Assembly (NCBI GenBank): GCA_051362555.1 | Contig: CM120647.1 | Span: 3,038,001 to 3,102,000, forward strand | DNA: 64,000 nucleotides | Direction: 5' to 3' | Source of the DNA: Lingula anatina | Lineage: Eukaryota > Animalia > Brachiopoda | Shown: one piece after another, positions 1 to 12,123 of the stretch | How the letters are laid out: the number at the start of each line of letters is the position of its first letter | Numbering within the stretch: the first letter of the stretch is position 1 | Translations under genes and position numbers: made by a program | The notes under the pieces: model-generated | Seen by the model: the letters and a program-made list of their open reading frames with translations, nothing else | Told to the model about the DNA's origin: nothing | Database searches by the model: none

Positions 1-3000
1 TTGTTGTTATGCATCTTCTCACCGAATTTCACAACTATTCGACTAGATTTGTCAAAATTATTAACGTTTAACTATTTTTTTCCCTGGAATTTGGCTGTCT
101 TTTCAGTTTTCACAAATTTATTGTCCGAAAAAATCTTTTCTGTTTCACCCACTCAACTGATAAGAATATTACGGATTTTTATTGTTGTTATGCATCATCT
201 TTCCAAATTTCACAAATATTCGACTAGATTTGTCAAAATTATTAACGTTTAACTATTCTTTTGCCCTGGAATTTGGCAGTCTTTTTCATGTGATATTCAG
301 TTTTCTCAAATTTATATGCTCTGAAAAGATCTTTTCCATAAAACACTGTCATCTGATAAGCTTATCACAGATTTATATTGTTGTTATGCATCATCTCACC
401 GAATTTCACAACTATTCGACTAGATTTGTCAAAATTATTAACGTTTAACTATTCTTTGCCCTGGAATTTGGCTGTCTTTTCAGTTTTCACAAATTTATTG
501 TCCGAAAAAATCTTTTCTGTTTGACCGAGTCAACCGATAAGAATATCACAGATTTTTATTGTTATTATGCATCATCTTTCCGAATTTCACAAATATTCAA
601 CTAGATTTGTCAAAATTATTAACGTTTAACTATTTTTTTGCCCTGGAATTTGGCAGTCTTTTTCATGTAATATTCAGTTTTCTTAAATTTATATGCTCTG
701 AACAGATCTTTTCCATAAAACACTGTCATCTGATAAGCTTATCCCAGATTTATATTGTTGTTATGCATCATCTCACCGAATTTCACAACTATTCGACTAG
801 ATTTGTCAAAATTATTAACGTTTAACTATTCTTTTCCCTGGAATTTGGCTGTCTTTTCAGTTTTCACAAATTTATTGTCCGAAAAAATCTTTTCTGTTTG
901 ACCGAGTCAACCGATAAGAATATCACAGATTTTTATTGTTATTATGCATCATCTTTCCGAATTTCACAAATATTCAACTAGATTTGTCAAAATTATTAAC
1001 GTTTAACTATTCTTTTGCCCTGGAATTTGGCAGTCTTTTTCATGTGATATTCAGTTTTCTCAAATTTATATGCTCTGAAAAGATCTTTTCCATAAAACAC
1101 TGTCATCTGATAAGCTTATCACAGATTCATATTGTTGTTATGCATCATCTCACCGAATTTCACAACTATTCGACTAGATTTGTCAAAATTATTAACGTTT
1201 AACTATTTTTTTCCCTGGAATTTGGCTGTCTTTTCAGTTTTCACAAATTTATTGTCCGAAAAAATCTTTTCTGTTTGACCGAGTCAACTGATAAGAATAT
1301 CACGGATTTTTATTGTTGTTATGCATCATCTTTCCAAATTTCACAAATATTCGACTAGATTTGTCAAAATTATTAACGTTTAACTATTCTTTTGCCCTAG
1401 AATTTGGCAGTCTTTTTCATGTGATATTCAGTTTTCTTCAATTTATATGCTCTGAAAAGATCTTTTCCATAAAACACTGTCATCTGATAAGCTTATCACA
1501 GATTTATATTGTTGTTATGCATCATCTCACCGAATTTCACAACTATTCGACTAGATTTGTCAAAATTATTAACGTTTAACTATTCTTTGCCCTGGAATTT
1601 GGCTGTCTTTTCAGTTTTCACAAATTTATTGTCCGAAAAAATCTTTTCTGTTTCACCCACTCAATTGATAAGAATATTACGGATTTTTATTGTTGTTATG
1701 CATCATCTTTCCAAATTTCACAAATATTCGACTAGATTTGTCAAAATTATTAATGTTTAACTATTTTTTTGCCCTGGAATTTGGCAGTCTTTTTCATGTA
1801 ATATTCAGTTTTCTCAAATTTATATGCTTTGAAAACATCTTTTCCATAAAACACTGTCATCTGATAAGCTTATCACAGATTTATATTGTTGTTATGCATC
1901 ATCTCACCAAATTTCACAACTATTCGACTAGATTTGTCAAAATTATTAACGTTTAACTATTCTTTGCCCTGGAATTTGGCTGTCTTTTCAGTTTTCACAA
2001 ATTTATTGTCCGAAAAAATCTTTTCTGTTTGACCGAGTCAACCGATAAGAATATCACAGATTTTTATTGTTATTATGCATCATCTTTCCGAATTTCACAA
2101 ATATTCAACTAGATTTGTCAAAATTATTAACGTTTAACTATTCTTTTGCCCTGGAATTTGGCAGTCTTTTTCATGTGATATTCAGTTTTCTTAAATTTAT
2201 ATGCTCTGAAAAGATCTTTTCCATAAAACACTGTCATCTGATAAGCTTATCCCAGATTTATATTGTTGTTATGCATCATCTCACCGAATTTCACAACTAT
2301 TCGACTAGATTTGTCAAAATTATTAACGTTTAACTATTCTTTGCCCTGGAATTTGGCTGTCTTTTCAGTTTTCACAAATTTATTGTCCGAAAAAATCTTT
2401 TCTGTTTGACCGAGTCAACCGATAAGAATATCACAGATTTTTATTGTTATTATGCATCATCTTTCCGAATTTCACAAATATTCAACTAGATTTGTCAAAA
2501 TTATTAACGTTTAACTATTTTTTTGCCCTGGAATTTGGCAGTCTTTTTCATGTAATATTCAGTTTTCTTAAATTTATATGCTCTGAACAGATCTTTTCCA
2601 TAAAACACTGTCATCTGATAAGCTTATCCCAGATTTATATTGTTGTTATGCATCATCTCACCGAATTTCACAACTATTCGACTAGATTTGTCAAAATTAT
2701 TAACGTTTAACTATTCTTTTCCCTGGAATTTGGCTGTCTTTTCAGTTTTCACAAATTTATTGTCCGAAAAAATCTTTTCTGTTTGACCGAGTCAACCGAT
2801 AAGAATATCACAGATTTTTATTGTTATTATGCATCATCTTTCCGAATTTCACAAATATTCAACTAGATTTGTCAAAATTATTAACGTTTAACTATTCTTT
2901 TGCCCTGGAATTTGGCAGTCTTTTTCATGTGATATTCAGTTTTCTCAAATTTATATGCTCTGAAAAGATCTTTTCCATAAAACACTGTCATCTGATAAGC

Positions 3001-6000
3001 TTATCACAGATTCATATTGTTGTTATGCATCATCTCACCGAATTTCACAACTATTCGACTAGATTTGTCAAAATTATTAACGTTTAACTATTTTTTTCCC
3101 TGGAATTTGGCTGTCTTTTCAGTTTTCACAAATTTATTGTCCGAAAAAATCTTTTCTGTTTGACCGAGTCAACTGATAAGAATATCACGGATTTTTATTG
3201 TTGTTATGCATCATCTTTCCAAATTTCACAAATATTCGACTAGATTTGTCAAAATTATTAACGTTTAACTATTCTTTTGCCCTAGAATTTGGCAGTCTTT
3301 TTCATGTGATATTCAGTTTTCTTCAATTTATATGCTCTGAAAAGATCTTTTCCATAAAACACTGTCATCTGATAAGCTTATCACAGATTTATATTGTTGT
3401 TATGCATCATCTCACCGAATTTCACAACTATTCGACTAGATTTGTCAAAATTATTAACGTTTAACTATTCTTTTCCCTGGAATTTGGCTGTCTTTTCAGT
3501 TTTCACAAATTTATTGTCCGAAAAAATCTTTTCTGTTTGACCGAGTCAACTGATAAGAATATCACAGATTTTTATTGTTATTATGCATCATCTTTCCGAA
3601 TTTCACAAATATTCGACTAGATTTGTCAAAATTATTAACGTTTAACTATTCTTTTGCCCTGGAATTTGGCAGTCTTTTTCATGTGATATTCAGTTTTCTC
3701 AAATTTATATGCTCTGAAAAGATCTTTTCCATAAAACACTGTCATCTGATAAGCTTATCACAGATTTATATTGTTGTTATGCATCTTCTCACCGAATTTC
3801 ACAACTATTCGACTAGATTTGTCAAAATTATTAACGTTTAACTATTTTTTTCCCTGGAATTTGGCTGTCTTTTCAGTTTTCACAAATTTATTGTCCGAAA
3901 AAATCTTTTCTGTTTCACCCACTCAACTGATAAGAATATTACGGATTTTTATTGTTGTTATGCATCATCTTTCCAAATTTCACAAATATTCGACTAGATT
4001 TGTCAAAATTATTAACGTTTAACTATTTTTTTGCCCTGGAATTTGGCAGTCTTTTTCATGTGATATTCAGTTTTCTCAAATTTATATGCTCTGAAAAGAT
4101 CTTTTCCATAAAACACTGTCATCTGATAAGCTTATCACAGATTTATATTGTTGTTATGCATCTTCTCACCGAATTTCACAACTATTCGACTAGATTTGTC
4201 AAAATTATTAACGTTTAACTATTTTTTTCCCTGGAATTTGGCTGTCTTTTCAGTTTTCACAAATTTATTGTCCGAAAAAATCTTTTCTGTTTCACCCACT
4301 CAACTGATAAGAATATTACGGATTTTTATTGTTGTTATGCATCATCTTTCCAAATTTCACAAATATTCGACTAGATTTGTCAAAATTATTAATGTTTAAC
4401 TATTTTTTTGCCCTGGAATTTGGCAGTCTTTTTCATGTAATATTCAGTTTTCTCAAATTTATATGCTTTGAAAACATCTTTTCCATAAAACACTGTCATC
4501 TGATAAGCTTATCACAGATTTATATTGTTGTTATGCATCATCTCACCAAATTTCACAACTATTCGACTAGATTTGTCAAAATTATTAACGTTTAACTATT
4601 CTTTGCCCTGGAATTTGGCTGTCTTTTCAGTTTTCACAAATTTATTGTCCGAAAAAATCTTTTCTGTTTGACCGAGTCAACCGATAAGAATATCACAGAT
4701 TTTTATTGTTATTATGCATCATCTTTCCGAATTTCACAAATATTCAACTAGATTTGTCAAAATTATTAACGTTTAACTATTCTTTTGCCCTGGAATTTGG
4801 CAGTCTTTTTCATGTGATATTCAGTTTTCTTAAATTTATATGCTCTGAAAAGATCTTTTCCATAAAACACTGTCATCTGATAAGCTTATCCCAGATTTAT
4901 ATTGTTGTTATGCATCATCTCACCGAATTTCACAACTATTCGACTAGATTTGTCAAAATTATTAACGTTTAACTATTCTTTGCCCTGGAATTTGGCTGTC
5001 TTTTCAGTTTTCACAAATTTATTGTCCGAAAAAATCTTTTCTGTTTTACCGAGTCAACCGATAAGAATATCACAGATTTTTATTGTTATTATGCATCATC
5101 TTTCCGAATTTCACAAATATTCAACTAGATTTGTCAAAATTATTAACGTTTAACTATTCTTTTGCCCTGGAATTTGGCAGTCTTTTTCATGTGATATTCA
5201 GTTTTCTCAAATTTATATGCTCTGAAAAGATCTTTTCCATAAAACACTGTCATCTGATAAGCTTATTATAGATTTATATTATTGTTATGCATCATCTCAC
5301 CGAATTTCACAACTATTCGACTAGATTTGTCAAAATTATTAACGTTTAACTATTTTTTTCCCTGGAATTTGGCTGTCTTTTCAGTTTTCACAAATTTATT
5401 GTCCGAAAAAATCTTTTCTGTTTGACCGAGTCAACTGATAAGAATATCACGGATTTTTATTGTTGTTATGCATCATCTTTTCAAATTTCACAAATATTCG
5501 ACTAGATTTGTCAAAATTATTAACGTTTAACTATTCTTTTGCCCTGGAATTTGGCAGTCTTTTTCATGTGATATTCAGTTTTCTCAAATTTATATGCTCT
5601 GAAAAGATCTTTTCCATAAAACACTGTCATCTGATAAGCTTATCACAGATTTATATTGTTGTTATGCATCTTCTCACCGAATTTCACAACTATTCGACTA
5701 GATTTGTCAAAATTATTAACGTTTAACTATTTTTTTCCCTGGAATTTGGCTGTCTTTTCAGTTTTCACAAATTTATTGTCCGAAAAAATCTTTTCTGTTT
5801 CACCCACTCAACTGATAAGAATACTACGGATTTTTATTGTTGTTATGCATCATCTTTCCAAATTTCACAAATATTCGACTAGATTTGTCAAAATTATTAA
5901 CGTTTAACTATTCTTTTGCCCTAGAATTTGGCAGTCTTTTTCATGTGATATTCAGTTTTCTCAAATTTATATGCTCTGAAAAGATCTTTTCCATAAAACA

Positions 6001-9000
6001 CTGTCATCTGATAAGCTTATCACAGATTTATATTGTTGTTATGCATCTTCTCACCGAATTTCACAACTATTCGACTAGATTTGTCAAAATTATTAACGTT
6101 TAACTATTTTTTTCCCTGGAATTTGGCTGTCTTTTCAGTTTTCACAAATTTATTGTCCGAAAAAATCTTTTCTGTTTCACCCACTCAACTGATAAGAATA
6201 TTACGGATTTTTATTGTTGTTATGCATCATCTTTCCAAATTTCACAAATATTCGACTAGATTTGTCAAAATTATTAACGTTTAACTATTTTTTTGCCCTG
6301 GAATTTGGCAGTCTTTTTCATGTGATATTCAGTTTTCTCAAATTTATATGCTCTGAAAACATCTTTTCCATAAAACACTGTCATCTGATAAGCTTATCAC
6401 AGATTTATATTGTTGTTATGCATCATCTCACCGAATTTCACAACTATTCGACTAGATTTGTCAAAATTATTAACGTTTAACTATTCTTTGCCCTGGAATT
6501 TGGCTGTCTTTTCAGTTTTCACAAATTTATTGTCCGAAAAAATCTTTTCTGTTTGACCGAGTCAACCGATAAGAATATCACAGATTTTTATAGTTATTAT
6601 GCATCATCTTTCCGAATTTCACAAATATTCAACTAGATTTGTCAAAATTATTAACGTTTAACTATTCTTTGCCCTGGAATTTGGCTGTCTTTTCAGTTTT
6701 CACAAATTTATTGTCCGAAAAAATCTTTTCTTTTTGACCGAGTCAACCGATAAGAATATCACAGATTTTTATTGTTATTATGCATCATCTTTCCGAATTT
6801 CACAAATATTCAACTAGATTTGTCAAAATTATTAACGTTTAACTATTCTTTTGCCCTAGAATTTGGCAGTCTTTTTCATGTGATATTCAGTTTTCTCAAA
6901 TTTATATGCTCTGAAAAGATCTTTTCCATAAAACACTGTCATCTGATAAGCTTATCACAGATTTATATTGTTGTTATGCATCATCTCACCGAATTTCACA
7001 ACTATTCGACTAGATTTGTCAAAATTATTAACGTTTAACTATTCTTTGCCCTGGAATTTGGCTGTCTTTTCAGTTTTCACAAATTTATTGTCCGAAAAAA
7101 TCTTTTCTGTTTGACCGAGTCAACTGATAAGAATATCACAGATTTTTATTGTTATTATGCATCATCTTTCCGAATTTCACAAATATTCGACTAGATTTGT
7201 CAAAATTATTAACGTTTAACTATTCTTTTGCCCTGGAATTTGGCAGTCTTTTTCATGTGATATTCAGTTTTCTCAAATTTATATGCTCTGAAAAGATCTT
7301 TTCCATAAAACACTGTCATCTGATAAGCTTATCACAGATTTATATTGTTGTTATGCATCTTCTCACTGAATTTCACAACTATTCGACTAGATTTGTCAAA
7401 ATTATTAACGTTTAACTATTTTTTTCCCTGGAATTTGGCTGTCTTTTCAGTTTTCACAAATTTATTGTCCGAAAAAATCTTTTCTGTTTCACCCACTCAA
7501 CTGATAAGAATATTACGGATTTTTATTGTTGTTATGCATCATCTTTCCAAATTTCACAAATATTCGACTAGATTTGTCAAAATTATTAACGTTTAACTAT
7601 TTTTTTGCCCTGGAATTTGGCAGTCTTTTTCATGTGATATTCAGTTTTCTCAAATTTATATGCTCTGAAAACATCTTTTCCATAAAACACTGTCATCTGA
7701 TAAGCTTATCACAGATTTATATTGTTGTTATGCATCATCTCACCGAATTTCACAACTATTCGACTAGATTTGTCAAAATTATTAACGTTTAACTATTCTT
7801 TGCCCTGGAATTTGGCTGTCTTTTCAGTTTTCACAAATTTATTGTCCGAAAAAATCTTTTCTGTTTGACCGAGTCAACCGATAAGAATATCACAGATTTT
7901 TATTGTTATTATGCATCATCTTTCCGAATTTCACAAATATTCAACTAGATTTGTCAAAATTATTAACGTTTAACTATTCTTTGCCCTGGAATTTGGCTGT
8001 CTTTTCAGTTTTCACAAATTTATTGTCCGAAAAAATCTTTTCTTTTTGACCCAGTCAACCGATAAGAATATCACAGATTTTTATTGTTATTATGCATCAT
8101 CTTTCCGAATTTCACAAATATTCAACTAGATTTGTCAAAATTATTAACGTTTAACTATTCTTTTGCCCTAGAATTTGGCAGTCTTTTTCATGTGATATTC
8201 AGTTTTCTTCAATTTATATGCTCTGAAAAGATCTTTTCCATAAAACACTGTCATCTGATAAGCTTATCACAGATTTATATTGTTGTTATGCATCATCTCA
8301 CCGAATTTCACAACTATTCGACTAGATTTGTCAAAATTATTAACGTTTAACTATTCTTTGCCCTGGAATTTGGCTGTCTTTTCAGTTTTCACAAATTTAT
8401 TGTCCGAAAAAATCTTTTCTGTTTGACCGAGTCAACTGATGAGAATATCACAGATTTTTATTGTTATTATGCATCATCTTTCCGAATTTCACAACTATTC
8501 GACTAGATTTGTCAAAATTATTAACGTTTAACTATTTTTTTCCCTGGAATTTGGCTGTCTTTTCAGTTTTCACAAATTTATTGTCCGAAAAAATCTTTTC
8601 TGTTTGACCGAGTCAACTGATAAGAATATTACGGATTTTTATTGTTGTTATGCATCATCTTTCCAAATTTCACAAATATTCGACTAGATTTGTCAAAATT
8701 ATTAACGTTTAACTATTTTTTTGCCCTGGAATTTGGCAGTCTTTTTCATGTGATATTCAGTTTTCTCAAATTTATATGCTCTGAAAAGATCTTTTCCATA
8801 AAACACTGTCATCTGATAAGCTTATCACAGATTTATATTGTTGTTATGCATCATCTCACCGAATTTCACAACTATTCTACTAGATTTGTCAAAATTATTA
8901 ACGTTTAACTATTTTTTTCCCTGGAATTTGGCTGTCTTTTCAGTTTTCACAAATTTATTGTCCGAAAAAATCTTTTCTGTTTGACCGAGTCAACTGATAA

Positions 9001-10340
9001 GAATATCACAGATTTTTATTGTTATTATGCATCATCTTTCCGAATTTCACAAATATTCGACTAGATTTGTCAAAATTATTAACGTTTAACTATTCTTTTG
9101 CCCTGGAATTTGGCAGTCTTTTTCATGTGATATTCAGTTTTCTCAAATTTTTATGCTCTGAAAAGATCTTTTCCATAAAACACTGTCATCTGATAAGCTT
9201 ATCACAGATTTATATTGTTGTTATGCATCATCTCAACGAATTTCACAACTATTCGACTAGATTTGTCAAAATTATTAACGTTTAACTATTCTTTACCCTG
9301 GAATTTGGTTGTCTTTTCAGTTTTCTCAAATTTATTGTCCAAAAAAATCTTTTCTGTTTCACCCAGTCAACTGATAAGAATATCACAGATTTGTATTGTT
9401 GTTATGCATCATCTTTCCGAATTTCACAAATATTCGACTAGATTTGTCAAAATTATTAATGTTAAACTATTCTTTTGCCCTGGAATTTGGCAGTCTTTTT
9501 CATGTGATATTCAGTTTTCTCAAATTTATATGCTCTGAAAACATCTTTTCCATAAAACACTGTCATCTGATAAGCTTATCACTGATTTATATTGTTCTTA
9601 TGCATCATCTCAACGAATTTCACAACCATTCGACTAGATTTGTCAAAATTATTAACGTTTAACTATTCTTTGCTCTGGAATTTGGTTGTCTTTTTCATGT
9701 AATATTCAGTTTTCTTAAATTTATATGCTCTGAAAAGATCTTTTCAATAAAACACTGTTATCTGATAAGCTTATCACAGATTTATATTGTTGTTATGCAT
9801 CATCTCACCGAATTTCACAACTATTCGACTAGATTTGTCAAAATTATTAACGTTTAACTATTCTTTACCCTGGAATTTGGCTGTCTTTTCAGTTTTCTCA
9901 AATTCATTGTCCAAAAAAATCTTTTCTGTTTCACCCAGTCAACTGATAAGAATATCACAGATTTGTATTGTTGTTATGCATCATCTTTCCGAATTTCACA
10001 AATATTCGACTAGATTTGTCAAAATTATTAATGTTAAACTATTCTTTTGCCCTGGAATTTGGCTGTCTTTTTCATGTGATATTCAGTTTTCTCAAATTTA
10101 TATGCTCTGAAAAGATCTTTTCCATAAAACACTGTCATCTGATAAGCTTATCACAGATTTATATTGGTCTTATGCATCATCTCACCGAATTTCTCAACTA
10201 TTCGACTAGATTTGTCAAAATTATTAACGTTTAACTATTCTTTGCTCTGGAATTTGGTTGTCTTTTCAGTTTTCTCAAATTTATTGTCCGAAAAAATCTT
10301 TTCTGTTTGACCCAGTCAACTGATATGCTTATCACAGATT
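1..10340. repeat. Satellite DNA array, dimeric 377-bp unit (A 181 bp + B 196 bp), about 55 monomers; runs off the left edge of the window
   Basis: Near-identical text recurs every 377 bp (ORF-track starts 182, 559, 936 ... 6214). A and B share about the first 100 bp (TTGTTGTTATGCATC...GACTAGATTTGTCAAAATTATTAACGTTTAAC...GGAATTTGGC) and differ afterwards. Occasional 558-bp and 572-bp steps mark an extra A or B monomer. Confidence 0.98.
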
Positions 10341-12123
10341 TTTATGTACAGACACAGATGTGTCTGTACATATTGCCATCACCTGCGTCTGTCATCGCCG
10401 ATCATGTTGCCGTCGCCGTCACTTTTAGCGTTAACACCATAAGTGGAAGACAGTTTTACTTTTTGGCTTTATATTTACAGAGCTGACTAATATTCATAAA
10501 ACGCGGGTCAAGTTCGAAAATCAGCATTATCGGGCCATTATTGTAGAATTTATGCTGTTTTTTTCACTTTTCAGCATATATGCAACACTGTTAACACATT
10601 TCAAGGAAAACCGATAGGCCTGTTGTCATGAAACTCACAGGAGTAATCAGTCTTACTAAAACGCAGATCAAGTTCGAAAATCGGCATGATCGGGCCACTA
10701 TTTTAGTAGTTATGCTGTTTTTTCACTTTTCAGCATATATGCAACACTGTTAACACATTTCAAGGAAAACCGATAGACCTGTTGTCATTAAATTCACAGG
10801 AATGGTCAATTTTTCTAAAATGCAGGTTGAGTTCGTAAATCAGCATAATTGTGCCATTATTTTAGAAGGTATGCTGTTTTTTCACATTTCCTCAGATTCA
10901 ATTTTTAGGCATGTTAACAGTCTCATTATTAAACTAATAAGATACGTGAAAGTGTTTGTTTGACATTTCCTGCATCTTTACAACATTGTTAGTTGATTTT
11001 GTAAAAATGATGGTAAACATGTTATTGTGTATTGTGTAATAAAGTTTCAAAAATGGAAATAAACTCATATCATTGCAGTTTGTCAGATTCAATCATTCAC
11101 TATGTTCAGAGTCTCAGAATGGAAGCAATTGGACATTTAACACTGCTCTATTGATATTTTTCTCATCTCATCAATTTTCTTAGTTGATCATATAAAAATG
11201 GCAGTAAACTGTTAATTTTGTTTTATGTTAAAAATTGTTATAAATGGGGAAAAAAACATTTCAGAACAGTGCTGTCTTGTTTACATTTTGGCATTTTCAA
11301 GTTGTGACTTTGAAGTTCCATGGGCCTGAAGACCTTTGCTAGTCACATTTTCTGAATATCCATGATACTAATATTTTATTATTAAAAATTGATGGTCATT
11401 ATGCTGTTAAACATTATGTAATATTGCATCAAAATTTGAAAAAAACCTATTTTGGGCACTGCTCCCATGATTACCTTTTTAAGAAAAACCATGTCACTTA
11501 CTGTTCTCAAACTTACAGGAAAGAAACATGGGACTAAAATACAGCTTCAGTAGGCAATGCAATCTGCCAGTTAAACATTTTTTTGTGAAAATTTAATTTT
11601 TCACATATTGGCATTTTCAAGGTGTGACTTTGAAGTTCCACAGGCTTGAAGACCCAGGCTAGTCACATTTTCTGAAAATCCATGATACATATATTTTGTT
11701 ATTAAAAATTGATTGTCATTATGCAGTTAACCATTATGTAATATTGCATCAGAATGGAAGAAAACACAATTTTGGGTGCCGCTGCCATGATGACCATTAT
11801 GGGAAAACCATGTTACTTATGATTGCCAAACTTTCAAAAAAGAAATACAGGACTAAAATGCAGCCTGAGTTGGAAAAGCAGTCTAATTGACTTCTTTTTC
11901 TGGAAGTTTTACATTTTCAAAGTGTGAACTTGAACTCCCATGGGCCTGAAGCCTTATGCTTGTTTCACATTTTACTTACATTGGTATTACCTGTTGAGCA
12001 TAATTAAAATTTGATGTTGAATTTGCAGTTTAACATAATGTACTTTTGCATCAGAATTGACAGAAGCCTATTTTGTTATTTCCTGCTTTTTGTCTGTACA
12101 TTTGACAGCTTTGCTGCCTTGTT
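10341..12123 (+). mobile_element. Non-autonomous Helentron-like (HINE/DINE-type) element, copy 1, inserted in the satellite
   Basis: Starts in a T-run with hairpin TATGTACAGACACA-GA-TGTGTCTGTACATA, then a GTC/GCC microsatellite-like tract. Internal ~160-bp and ~320-bp tandem units follow. The 3' end has a subterminal match TGTCTGTACAT (12091), a small hairpin CAGC-TTT-GCTG and ends CTTGTT. The satellite resumes in register with no TSD. Family assignment is from structure only. Confidence 0.8.

Noticed and set aside
1-10340. CRISPR-like reading (shared ~100-bp segment alternating with other sequence)
   Set aside because: The intervening parts are only two recurring types rather than unique spacers, the units are too long, there are no cas genes, and the context is eukaryotic.
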